Program-made: the position numbers and the translations under genes
In this document: piece after piece, positions 56,143 through 64,000 of the stretch
Layout of the letters: each line of letters starts with the position of its first letter
How positions within the stretch are numbered: the stretch's first letter is position 1
Assembly (NCBI GenBank): GCA_049609145.1
Contig: JBMYYF010000002.1
Coordinates: 444,466 to 508,465, forward strand
Length of the DNA: 64,000 bases
Direction of reading: 5' to 3'
Origin: Alphaproteobacteria bacterium
GTDB taxonomy: Bacteria > Pseudomonadota > Alphaproteobacteria > SPJN01
The notes under the pieces: generated by a model
What the model saw: the letters and a program-made list of their open reading frames with translations, nothing else
What the model was told of the DNA's origin: nothing
Databases searched by the model: none

Positions 56143-59100
56143 ATGTCCAAATTGCACAAAAACCTGGTTTCCGGTCTGTCGGGCCTGCTGCTTGGCACGA
56201 CAGCGTTGACAGGTGTCGCTGTGGCGCAGGTTGACGTTACGTCGAATGCGACCGTGCCCAGCGTGGTGTTTGGTGTTGCACCTGTTGTGAACCAACAACT
56301 ATCGGCAGCGCAGGGCCATGCGGCGCCGGTCACAGGCTCCATCGTTGGCACGGATGTATCGGTGATTGCCGCAGGCCCCATCGCAGCAGATGTGATTATC
56401 AGCTCCACGGTTTATGGGGCGGCAGGCACGGCCAACAGCGCCACGGAAACCATTTTGGCAAGTGCGGCAGGCGACAGGCGTTCTGTCGGGGTGGCGCAAG
56501 ATAATTCGGGCGCGGTGGTGTCGGAAACACTCAGCAGCCTGACCGGGCTTGATTTACAGCATATCGCCAGCGGCCCCATGGTGGTGGAGGTGGATAACAC
56601 GACCTATACCGTTGCCTCCCAAGCCAATGTCTCAACCGCTTTCAACGCCGGCGGGGCGCTGGTGACGGGCAGTGCGCTTGATGATGCAACAACCACTGTG
56701 GGTGCAGGCACGGCCACGGCCTTGGGCGAGATTGCAATTGCCACGGCCCAGACAAATAGTGGCGAGGTGACGAGCGATTTAAATGATGGCAACACAGCGA
56801 CCCGCAATTTGATTGGGGTGGAGATGTCCAGCGGGACGGCCTCTATCACCAATACGGGCGGGGTGATTGTGTCCAACACCACGGCCACCGCCATGGCAAC
56901 GGCCAACAGCGCCACCAGCACAGTGGTGGATGCCGTGACCGTGGGGGATGTTGATGTGGCAGTCGCCACCTTCCAATCCATCAGCAGCGGGGCGGATATT
57001 ACTGCCGATGCCCGAGAAAATCATATCGGGATTGAGGGCGTGGGCGGTGCCTCTATCACCGGGGCAGCGCCCGGCGCCATCCCGCTGACCATTAGCGATA
57101 ATCATATGGGGTCTGAGGCCACAGGCAACAGCGCCACCCATACTATCACGGCGCGGCCCGATGCGGCGGGGGATCAGGTGGTGGGTGCCATTTTGCAAGA
57201 TTTCCAAGCGGGATCGGAGGTTGATGTACGCACGAGAAGCAACACATTTGGTGTCTCCACCCGGGATACGAACCTGACAGGTGCCACAATTACCATTAGC
57301 GGCAATCGCGGTACGGCCACCGCGATCGGCAATGAAGCCGCGCAGGATGTGCTGGTTGATGTGGGCGGTGTTGGCGGGGCCGGCATCACCACCACAACCA
57401 CGCAAACCGCGGCAGAGGAAGACGTTGAAGGGCGAGTTGATGACGCTCTGATTGGGGTTGAAGTGCGGCCGGATGGTGGCGGTTTTGGCGGCACGTTGAG
57501 TGGCGCAACTGTGCTGATAGAGGGTAATGAAATGCTGGGCACTGGTTTGGTGAATACGGCCCGCCAATCTTTGGGTGCTGTCACCGGTGATATTACGGCC
57601 CCAATTGCCCAAACGATCAACCAAACAGTTGGTCCGGGAAGCACGGGCGGCGCCGAGGCAGATGCGGTTTCTAACAATTTTGGTGTGTCGCGCGCGACGG
57701 GGATCAATAATACCAGCATTCAAATCTCCAATAACCGCAATGTGGCTACCACAATCTACAATAATGCGGAGAGCTTGCGCGGCGATCTAACCGGCACCAT
57801 CACCGCCTCCGTCACGCAGGATGTGATCCAACGCAATGAAGATCTGGGTAGCGGTGCTGAAAGCGAGGCCAGGGCGGCGTATTTCGGTGTTAACTTTGAT
57901 ACTGATGCCGCCTTGGCGCAGGCAGATGGGGATGTGAACCTGCTGGTTGCCAACAATATATCGCTCGCCCATGCCACCAACAATATGGCAGTGGCACGCA
58001 GCGGGGCGATTGCCGGTGTGGTAAGCGGTACAATTAATGTGAGCGTTTCTGCCACGCAAACAAATTTTGATACGGATGTCGAATCAGACACATCAAGTTC
58101 TGAAATCGGCATTACCCGCGGTTTCAACACCACGCCTCTTGGGACTGATACATATCATACGGATTTAACGGTTGCGGGGAATGAACTGCGCGCGCTGAGC
58201 CAAGGCAATGCAGCCGCGTTGGCAGCGGGAGATGTAACCGGCACTTTGTCTGCCGGGGCAAATTATGGGGTGACCTCTACCCAGCTTAATAGACGCGCTA
58301 TTGATGGCACGGGGGATGGGGGGGAGATTCGGGCTCAAGCTGGCGAATCGCGCATTGGGTGGAGGCGGCAAACTGTTGCCCATGGGATAGATGATCAGGA
58401 TTTCACTATTCTGGTGCAAAACAATGTGAGCGCCGTAACCGCCATTGGCAATATGGCCGCCCATGAAGTGGGGCAGATTACCGGCACTGTGGATGGCAGC
58501 ACGGTCACCGCCCGCGCCACCCAAACCAATGAGGATGGGGATGATGATGGGGAGATTGTGGCCGATGGTGGTAATCCGATTATCGGCATTATCTCTGATA
58601 ATGGCGCCTTTGTGTTGGGGACGATGTCCAACAATGTGGCGACCTTTGCGGTAACGGGTAACCGCAGTGAGGTGGATGGCATTGGCAACACAGCCAGCGT
58701 CGCCATTGGGGATGTAACCGGCACGGTGAGTGATAACAGTTCCGTTAGGGCGGAAATTGACCAAACCAATAGCGGGCTGGACTTAACGTCGGATGCCGGT
58801 TCCATTGATATGGGCGTGCAGGCAGGCGGTGGCACCGATAGTGCGGGAAGTGATGGCACGGTGGTGATTGATGTCACCAATAATATCAGTGAGGCCACAA
58901 CTACCGGCAATGCGGCTTTGGCCCAGTTGGGGGATATGACCGGCACCATCGACGACTCAGACTATTTAATCAATACGACGCAAACCAGTCAGCAATTTGA
59001 TAGCACTGACAGCACTTTTAGGGCGCGCGCTGAAGAGGGGCGGATAGGCTATTTCGCCAGCGCCGTCATGGGACGCAGCGGTTCGGTGCGCACCACGATC

Positions 59101-61131
59101 TCCGGCAATGCTGTTTCGGCCACCACGCAGGTGAACGATGCCACCAATGTGCTGGCCGGGGCCTCCGGCACGATCGATGGTTCATCAATAGTGGGCGCGG
59201 GAAATATTCAGACAGTGTCATCGGCCATTGCGTCTGCCACGGCAACCGACAATGCGATCGGCGCCGTTGAGTTGACCGGGGATATCGCTGATGAGGGCGA
59301 TGTTGCCCTCACCGTTTCCGGCAATAGTGTTGGCGCTGCGACGAGCCTGAACACCTCAACGCAATTGGTGGCGGGTGCCGTTGGTACGGTAGGGAGCGAC
59401 AGTGTCTTCGGCATGGGTACTACTCAAAACGCCACCCCGGCAGGTGGCGCGACGGTAAGTGCCACCACCACGGTGTCTGATGCACAGATTGGCGTGTCTG
59501 CTGATGGCACCGCCACAGATATTGCGAATGAACAAGATGCTACGGCATCGCTCAATGTAACCGGCAATAGCTTGGGGGCAGCAGCGACTGGCAATGCCGC
59601 CACCCAAACACTGAATGCAGTTACCGGTACGGTTGATGGCCTCTCGGTCATTCTCTCGGAGCAGGGGCTGGACGCCGGGGTGATTGTCAGCAGTGGCTTA
59701 GGCACCTTGGCCCCTGTGGGCATTGGCGTGTTGGGTGTGGACGACATATCGGACACGACTAGGGCAACTGCCAATATCGCAATTGCTGGCAACACCGCAA
59801 CGTCAACTGCCTCTGGCAACGGCCTCGTCCAGAATATTATGCCCGGCGGTTTGACCGGCACCTTGGCGGGGGCATTTATATCTGATCCGATACAATTCAT
59901 AGACGGTGCAGATATCGATGCCGTGACAAGCGGGGCGCAAATCGGCCTGTCACATGATGGGAGCGGCGCTGATACTTCCGATAGTAGTGACGCGGTCACC
60001 AATGTGGCCGTATCCGCCAATTGGATTGGCGCGGCGGCCACTGGCAATAGGGCCAATCTCAATCTGGGGGATGTGACCGGCACCGCCAGCGGCGACATAA
60101 CGCTGATACCGCTTCAAACAAATAGCGGCAATACAGATATTGATGCCGCCTTGAACATCACCGGCATTGGGGTAGAGCGTGTGGGTCATGTTGGCAATGG
60201 GGCCAACAGTATCACCACCATGACGGTGGCGGGCAATGTGCAAACTGCCTCTCTCATCGCCAATGATGCGACCATCAACACCGGTGATCTGGTAGGGGCG
60301 CTTTCCAACACGGTGACACTCACCACGGATCAAGCCAACACGCTGGGCACCTCCCAATATTCCGCCACGATCCTGAATTCGGATACGGGGATACGCATCA
60401 TAGGTGATGTCGCTGATAGCACTGGCTCAAGCTTCACCCCCATTGTCGCGAACAACAACACAGTCGCCAGCCTTGTGGGCAACCGCTCCGGTGTGCGCCT
60501 GCGCGCGCTGGCGGTGAGCGGCGGTGGTGCCACGGTGAATGTAGGGGCAACGCAACTTAATGTTGGCACAGGCAGCCCGAACCCGTCCCTGCTGGCCTCC
60601 TTGGATGACAGCATTGAGACGGGCGTGCATCTGCCCGGCGAAGCCCGTGATGGTATCAATGCCATCGTGTCCGGCAACAATGCCTCAGCCGATCTGATTG
60701 GTAATGCCGCCGTCACCCAATTTGATGATGTGGGTGGCGTGTTGACCGGCTCCATCAATGTGGCCGACAACCAAACCAATACGGATATCTTTGGCACCGC
60801 CAGTGCGGCAGATGTCTTCACCCAGATTGATGCCAATAGCGGGGCCACACTTGCTGTCTCATCTGTGCTGAATGACAACCGCATCGGCACGTCGATCACC
60901 GGCAATCTGCAGGTGGCCCAGATCAATACATCCGGCCTGTCTGTTGGCGGTGTGATCGGTATCTCCGGTACCCAGTCCAACACTGGCGGGGCCTTCCGCG
61001 CGACGGTGACAGGCTCGATCATCGGGGTGGCGGCCAGTGCGGCAACCTCGATCACGGGTACCAGCATTGTGCGGGGCAGCACGATTGGGGCCACCGCCAT
61101 CGGCAACAGCGCGACTTCGTCCATCCGCTGA
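56143..61131 (+). CDS. giant (~1,662 aa) secreted repeat protein, paralogue 2 of 50731..55800
   Basis: The track ORF starts at 56023. I prefer ATG 56143 (MSKLHKNLVSGLSGLLLGTTALTGVAVAQ/VD), which aligns with the paralogue-1 signal peptide; 56110 is an alternative. At least 17 repeat cores are readable, e.g. VAGNELRALSQGNAAALAAGDVTGTLSA, VTGNSLGAAATGNAATQTLNAVTGTVDG and VSANWIGAAATGNRANLNLGDVTGTASG. I see no Lys or Cys after the signal peptide. Confidence 0.85.
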   Translation: MSKLHKNLVSGLSGLLLGTTALTGVAVAQVDVTSNATVPSVVFGVAPVVNQQLSAAQGHAAPVTGSIVGTDVSVIAAGPIAADVIISSTVYGAAGTANSATETILASAAGDRRSVGVAQDNSGAVVSETLSSLTGLDLQHIASGPMVVEVDNTTYTVASQANVSTAFNAGGALVTGSALDDATTTVGAGTATALGEIAIATAQTNSGEVTSDLNDGNTATRNLIGVEMSSGTASITNTGGVIVSNTTATAMATANSATSTVVDAVTVGDVDVAVATFQSISSGADITADARENHIGIEGVGGASITGAAPGAIPLTISDNHMGSEATGNSATHTITARPDAAGDQVVGAILQDFQAGSEVDVRTRSNTFGVSTRDTNLTGATITISGNRGTATAIGNEAAQDVLVDVGGVGGAGITTTTTQTAAEEDVEGRVDDALIGVEVRPDGGGFGGTLSGATVLIEGNEMLGTGLVNTARQSLGAVTGDITAPIAQTINQTVGPGSTGGAEADAVSNNFGVSRATGINNTSIQISNNRNVATTIYNNAESLRGDLTGTITASVTQDVIQRNEDLGSGAESEARAAYFGVNFDTDAALAQADGDVNLLVANNISLAHATNNMAVARSGAIAGVVSGTINVSVSATQTNFDTDVESDTSSSEIGITRGFNTTPLGTDTYHTDLTVAGNELRALSQGNAAALAAGDVTGTLSAGANYGVTSTQLNRRAIDGTGDGGEIRAQAGESRIGWRRQTVAHGIDDQDFTILVQNNVSAVTAIGNMAAHEVGQITGTVDGSTVTARATQTNEDGDDDGEIVADGGNPIIGIISDNGAFVLGTMSNNVATFAVTGNRSEVDGIGNTASVAIGDVTGTVSDNSSVRAEIDQTNSGLDLTSDAGSIDMGVQAGGGTDSAGSDGTVVIDVTNNISEATTTGNAALAQLGDMTGTIDDSDYLINTTQTSQQFDSTDSTFRARAEEGRIGYFASAVMGRSGSVRTTISGNAVSATTQVNDATNVLAGASGTIDGSSIVGAGNIQTVSSAIASATATDNAIGAVELTGDIADEGDVALTVSGNSVGAATSLNTSTQLVAGAVGTVGSDSVFGMGTTQNATPAGGATVSATTTVSDAQIGVSADGTATDIANEQDATASLNVTGNSLGAAATGNAATQTLNAVTGTVDGLSVILSEQGLDAGVIVSSGLGTLAPVGIGVLGVDDISDTTRATANIAIAGNTATSTASGNGLVQNIMPGGLTGTLAGAFISDPIQFIDGADIDAVTSGAQIGLSHDGSGADTSDSSDAVTNVAVSANWIGAAATGNRANLNLGDVTGTASGDITLIPLQTNSGNTDIDAALNITGIGVERVGHVGNGANSITTMTVAGNVQTASLIANDATINTGDLVGALSNTVTLTTDQANTLGTSQYSATILNSDTGIRIIGDVADSTGSSFTPIVANNNTVASLVGNRSGVRLRALAVSGGGATVNVGATQLNVGTGSPNPSLLASLDDSIETGVHLPGEARDGINAIVSGNNASADLIGNAAVTQFDDVGGVLTGSINVADNQTNTDIFGTASAADVFTQIDANSGATLAVSSVLNDNRIGTSITGNLQVAQINTSGLSVGGVIGISGTQSNTGGAFRATVTGSIIGVAASAATSITGTSIVRGSTIGATAIGNSATSSIR

Positions 61132-61154
61132 GTGCGCCCAGCTTGCTAACACTT

Positions 61155-61193
61155 AAAGGCGTGTCTTCTCACAACTGGAAGGCGCGCCTTTTT
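61155..61193 (+). terminator. hairpin terminator after paralogue 2
   Basis: AAAGGCGTG-18 nt loop-GCGCGCCTTTTT; same module as after paralogue 1. Confidence 0.55.
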
Positions 61194-61556
61194 GCTGGCC
61201 TCTCCCATCTCCTATTGTAGTTATACTTCATGAATATGAGTTATTTTTGTGTCATTTTGAGCAACCACAAGGGCTTTAGGCGCCGCTGCGTGTGTGCCCG
61301 GATCAGTGCCATGGCAAGTACTCACTCTTTAGTGTGATTCTACCTCCACCTTTAGGTTGGTTGACTTGGGGTGGTTGATGATGAAGATCATTACATATTC
61401 TTTGTGATTGTGATTGCAAAGGCGGATGATCGCCCTTCGTGCCGGGGTTGATTTTCCTGAAGCTTAATCTTGGCACCGTAAGTTCAAGGAGTGGCTCTTC
61501 CCTGTTCGGGCTCAGCCTGCGCCTTTTAGGCTTATTTCTGGAAGGGAGAGTGGGTT

Positions 61557-64000
61557 ATGGGGCTATTTCCGCGTTTACCGAAGCTTGTGATTGTGAGCGA
61601 TGTTGAGACATCCCATACAGTTAATACGGGACTGGACACGACAGAGGCACGGCTTGCCAATCCTTGGCCTTTTTACACTGTTCCCAATTTACTTGCGGAT
61701 ACAGCCGCCAGCGCCTTCAAGACTTTCGGCACATTGCAGCGTGTGACGCTTTGGCCGTTCGCGTCGCTGGAGGAAAATTTGGGGCAGTTGAACTTGCTGA
61801 CAGGGCATGTCTTCCCCACCTTGCCGGTGCTGGAAGATGACGTTTATGAAGTGCCGGAGACGGATTCTGGCAACATACTGACCCTTGATGTTCTGGCGAA
61901 CGACCGGGACGACAATGTGCTGAACAATGTGTCACCCTTGCTGGGGCCGGAGATGATCATTCGCGAGATTGATTTGACCGGATTTACTTTGGGTGATGTC
62001 ACCATTGCAGAAGATGGCCAAAGCCTTGTTTATCAGGCGCTGGAAGGTGTTGTGCTGGGGCCGGGGCAATCGCTGGAAGAAACCTTTACCTATAGCGTCA
62101 CCAATCTAACAGGCCGCACATCCACCGCTGAAGTTACCATCACGATCTTCAATGTAAACGAAGCGCCAATAGCGGAAGACATTGTCCAAATCATCACTGA
62201 GAATATTCCAGCCATTGTGGTGGAAGCGGTGTTTAGTGATGGGGATCCGGGTGATCAGCATGTGATCAGCTTGAATCCAGCGGGGACTGATACGACGCAA
62301 GGTAATGTCAGTCAAAATCCGGATGGCAGCTTCAGCTACGATCCCGGCACGGCCTTTGATTATTTGGCCGTGGGCGAAGAAGCAACCGACAGCTTCACCT
62401 ATCAGGTTGAAGACCTTGAAGGGGCAACGGACACAGCGACGGTAACACTGACCCTTACCGGTGAGAATGATGCGGTTGAGCTGACGCCGGGCGCAGGCAC
62501 AATTGTGTCTGCCGATGTGATCGAATTTTCCGATGCCGATGGCAGTGCGGAAAACTCTGTCACCCAAACCCGCGCAGGGCAGATATTTTTCGGTGATGCG
62601 GATGTAACCGACACACATACAGCCAGGTTCTCACCGGCAGCCAGCAGCGGCTATTTGGGCGGCTTTGCGATCAGCGCCCCGACCACGACGAACAGCACTA
62701 CGCAAGGACAAGTCGGTTGGACTTTTGCGGTTGCCGATGGCGGCTTGGATTTTCTGCGCGAAGGGGAAACCCGCCAACAGTTTTACGATGTAGTGATTGC
62801 AGATGGCCACGGTGGTGATCTCACCCAGCAGGTTGAGGTGACGATCACCGGCACCAATGATGCCGTGGGCATATTGGGTAGCCATGTCAGTGATCTGACT
62901 GGCAGCGCAACCGAGGTGGCGGATGAAGCGGCGGGCGAAAATACCCAAATTCACAACATTACCGGCACGGTTTTATTCAGCGATGTGGATTTGGCAGATG
63001 GTCACACCGTAACGCTCACCCCACTGGACAGCACTGCCGGTAACTTTGTCGGCGCTATGGGCGCGCCAACCCTTACCCGCGCAGCCGGGGACGTTCAGGG
63101 CAAGGTGGATTGGTCCTATGAAGTGAATGATGCCTTGCTGGATAGCTTGGGCGTGAATGACACCATTGTTGAACGCTTCACCCTGACCATTATGGATGAT
63201 GCGACCAACCAATCCATTGCGACCGAAATTATTGAACTTACGCTGCAAGGCGTGAATGATACGCCGACATTGGTGAACGGCGCGGCTGCGGCGGCAGAAG
63301 ATGGTGACACCATCCAGATTGATCTGGCGGCTTTAGGTGATGATGCCGATGCGGAAGATAATGGCAGCACATTGGGCTATGCCATCTCTCAAGGCCCCCC
63401 TGAGGGACAGGGGAGTATTACGGGCACGACATTGACGTTCGATCCGGGGGCAGATTTCCAAGATCTTGCTTTGGATGAAACCCGCGATGTGATTATCGGC
63501 CTCACCGCCACCGACGCCCAAGGCGCGGTTTCTGATGTCAATACGATCACAATCACGGTTGCGGGTGTGAATGATGCGCCCACCTTGATAGACGGGGCAA
63601 CAAGCGGACTGGAGAATGAAGGTCTCAATCTTGATCTCGCCGCGCTGGGGGATGATGTAGACAGCGATAATGACGGCGGTGATCTGACTTACGAAATTGT
63701 GGGTGCGCCGGAATATGGCAACGCGTCCATCACGGGCACGTCGCTGAGCTTGGATCAGGGCACAGATTTTGATGATCTCGCCACAGGCGAAGCACGCCAG
63801 GTCACAGTGGAGGTGCAAGCCACCGATCGTCATGGGGCTGTTTCTACAACACAATCGGTCATTTTCACCGTAACAGGTGTGAATGATGCGCCCATAATCG
63901 TCGAGGCGGATCAGGCAGATACCATCACCGAAACCGCCAGCGGTGGCGGTGTCGCTGATGGGCCGGATGAACCCGATGACAGTACCGCCAATGCGGATAA
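61557..64000 (+). CDS. giant VCBS / cadherin-like repeat adhesin, 5' part (814+ codons, open at the window end)
   Basis: Absent from the ORF track because it has no stop in the window. ATG 61557 is preceded by GGAAGGGAGAGTGGG. My translation MGLFPRLPKLVIVSDVETSH... continues without a stop to 64000. It contains repeated ~100-aa modules ending ..TVT(L/I)TGxNDAP/NEAP (FNVNEAPIAEDI, TLTGENDAV, ITGTNDAV, LQGVNDTPTL, VAGVNDAPTL, VTGVNDAPII) and TFTYxVxD-type strands typical of VCBS repeats. Confidence 0.8.
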   Translation, partial: MGLFPRLPKLVIVSDVETSHTVNTGLDTTEARLANPWPFYTVPNLLADTAASAFKTFGTLQRVTLWPFASLEENLGQLNLLTGHVFPTLPVLEDDVYEVPETDSGNILTLDVLANDRDDNVLNNVSPLLGPEMIIREIDLTGFTLGDVTIAEDGQSLVYQALEGVVLGPGQSLEETFTYSVTNLTGRTSTAEVTITIFNVNEAPIAEDIVQIITENIPAIVVEAVFSDGDPGDQHVISLNPAGTDTTQGNVSQNPDGSFSYDPGTAFDYLAVGEEATDSFTYQVEDLEGATDTATVTLTLTGENDAVELTPGAGTIVSADVIEFSDADGSAENSVTQTRAGQIFFGDADVTDTHTARFSPAASSGYLGGFAISAPTTTNSTTQGQVGWTFAVADGGLDFLREGETRQQFYDVVIADGHGGDLTQQVEVTITGTNDAVGILGSHVSDLTGSATEVADEAAGENTQIHNITGTVLFSDVDLADGHTVTLTPLDSTAGNFVGAMGAPTLTRAAGDVQGKVDWSYEVNDALLDSLGVNDTIVERFTLTIMDDATNQSIATEIIELTLQGVNDTPTLVNGAAAAAEDGDTIQIDLAALGDDADAEDNGSTLGYAISQGPPEGQGSITGTTLTFDPGADFQDLALDETRDVIIGLTATDAQGAVSDVNTITITVAGVNDAPTLIDGATSGLENEGLNLDLAALGDDVDSDNDGGDLTYEIVGAPEYGNASITGTSLSLDQGTDFDDLATGEARQVTVEVQATDRHGAVSTTQSVIFTVTGVNDAPIIVEADQADTITETASGGGVADGPDEPDDSTANAD

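Noticed and set aside
50706-61124. Many long minus-strand ORFs (e.g. 50706..51587, 51789..52895, 55497..56408, 56779..57723, 60330..61124) inside the two giant repeat genes
   Set aside because: Codon-biased repetitive G/A/T/N-rich coding sequence leaves the complementary frames open. Their translations are Pro/Ser/Thr/Val low-complexity with no starts supported by an RBS. The plus-strand frames are continuous for ~5 kb with signal peptides and terminators.
50731-61131. Periodic DNA repeats that might have been a CRISPR array or a satellite
   Set aside because: The periodicity (~210-240 nt) is at the protein-repeat level. It is degenerate at the DNA level and lies inside continuous ORFs. There is no short identical direct repeat/spacer structure and there are no cas genes.
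61557-61800. Possible LapA-type N-terminal retention module / LapG cleavage site (DTAASAF) in the third adhesin
   Set aside because: The motif TAAS does not match the (T/A/P)-A-A-(G/V) consensus I know. No LapG/LapD-like genes are in the window.
1-64000. Mobile elements, prophage, tRNA/rRNA genes
   Set aside because: No integrase, transposase or phage-like ORF, no terminal inverted repeats and no tRNA-like cloverleaf was recognisable in any intergenic region. The only repeat-type elements are the REP-like pair and the 66-nt gene relic.

Overview
This is a 64-kb chromosomal segment, roughly mid-50s %GC by eye. I can support about 40 protein-coding genes. I recognised no rRNA, tRNA, CRISPR array, transposase or integrase. 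The gene content suggests a marine-type alphaproteobacterium (inference only): a secA / parvulin PPIase / argJ / mutT block, purB, a CYP153 P450, two TonB-dependent receptors and giant acidic surface proteins. Layout from left to right: (1) a partial GH3 glycosidase; (2) a minus-strand type I secretion operon (PrtD-type ABC, HlyD adaptor, TolC-like OMP, GT4 glycosyltransferase), divergent from a 2,350-aa RTX/cadherin-like adhesin; (3) a CYP153 P450, TonB-dependent receptor and TetR unit; (4) an O-antigen-ligase-like gene and a Wza-like gene; (5) a glpD / lipid-kinase / alkyl-DHAP-synthase-like operon; (6) a second TonB-dependent receptor and an alpha/beta hydrolase; (7) copper genes, namely a small His/Met/Cys ORF plus copA and copB; (8) a large acyl-CoA dehydrogenase; (9) the most interesting locus, a four-gene bufferin-type MNIO RiPP cluster (DUF2282 precursor, DUF692, DUF2063, DoxX), about 2 kb from copAB; (10) PhyH dioxygenase, epoxide hydrolase, acyltransferase-3/SGNH and a membrane-anchored GST-like protein; (11) a housekeeping block (secA, PPIase, argJ, mutT, GPH/MFS transporter, purB, NUDIX); (12) two tandem paralogous ~1,660-1,690-aa repeat proteins with Sec signal peptides that are almost free of Lys and Cys; (13) the 5' part of another giant VCBS/cadherin-like adhesin. 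The four giant surface-protein genes occupy about 19.6 kb, roughly 31% of the window. All calls rest on reading the supplied translations and the DNA; no database search was run.
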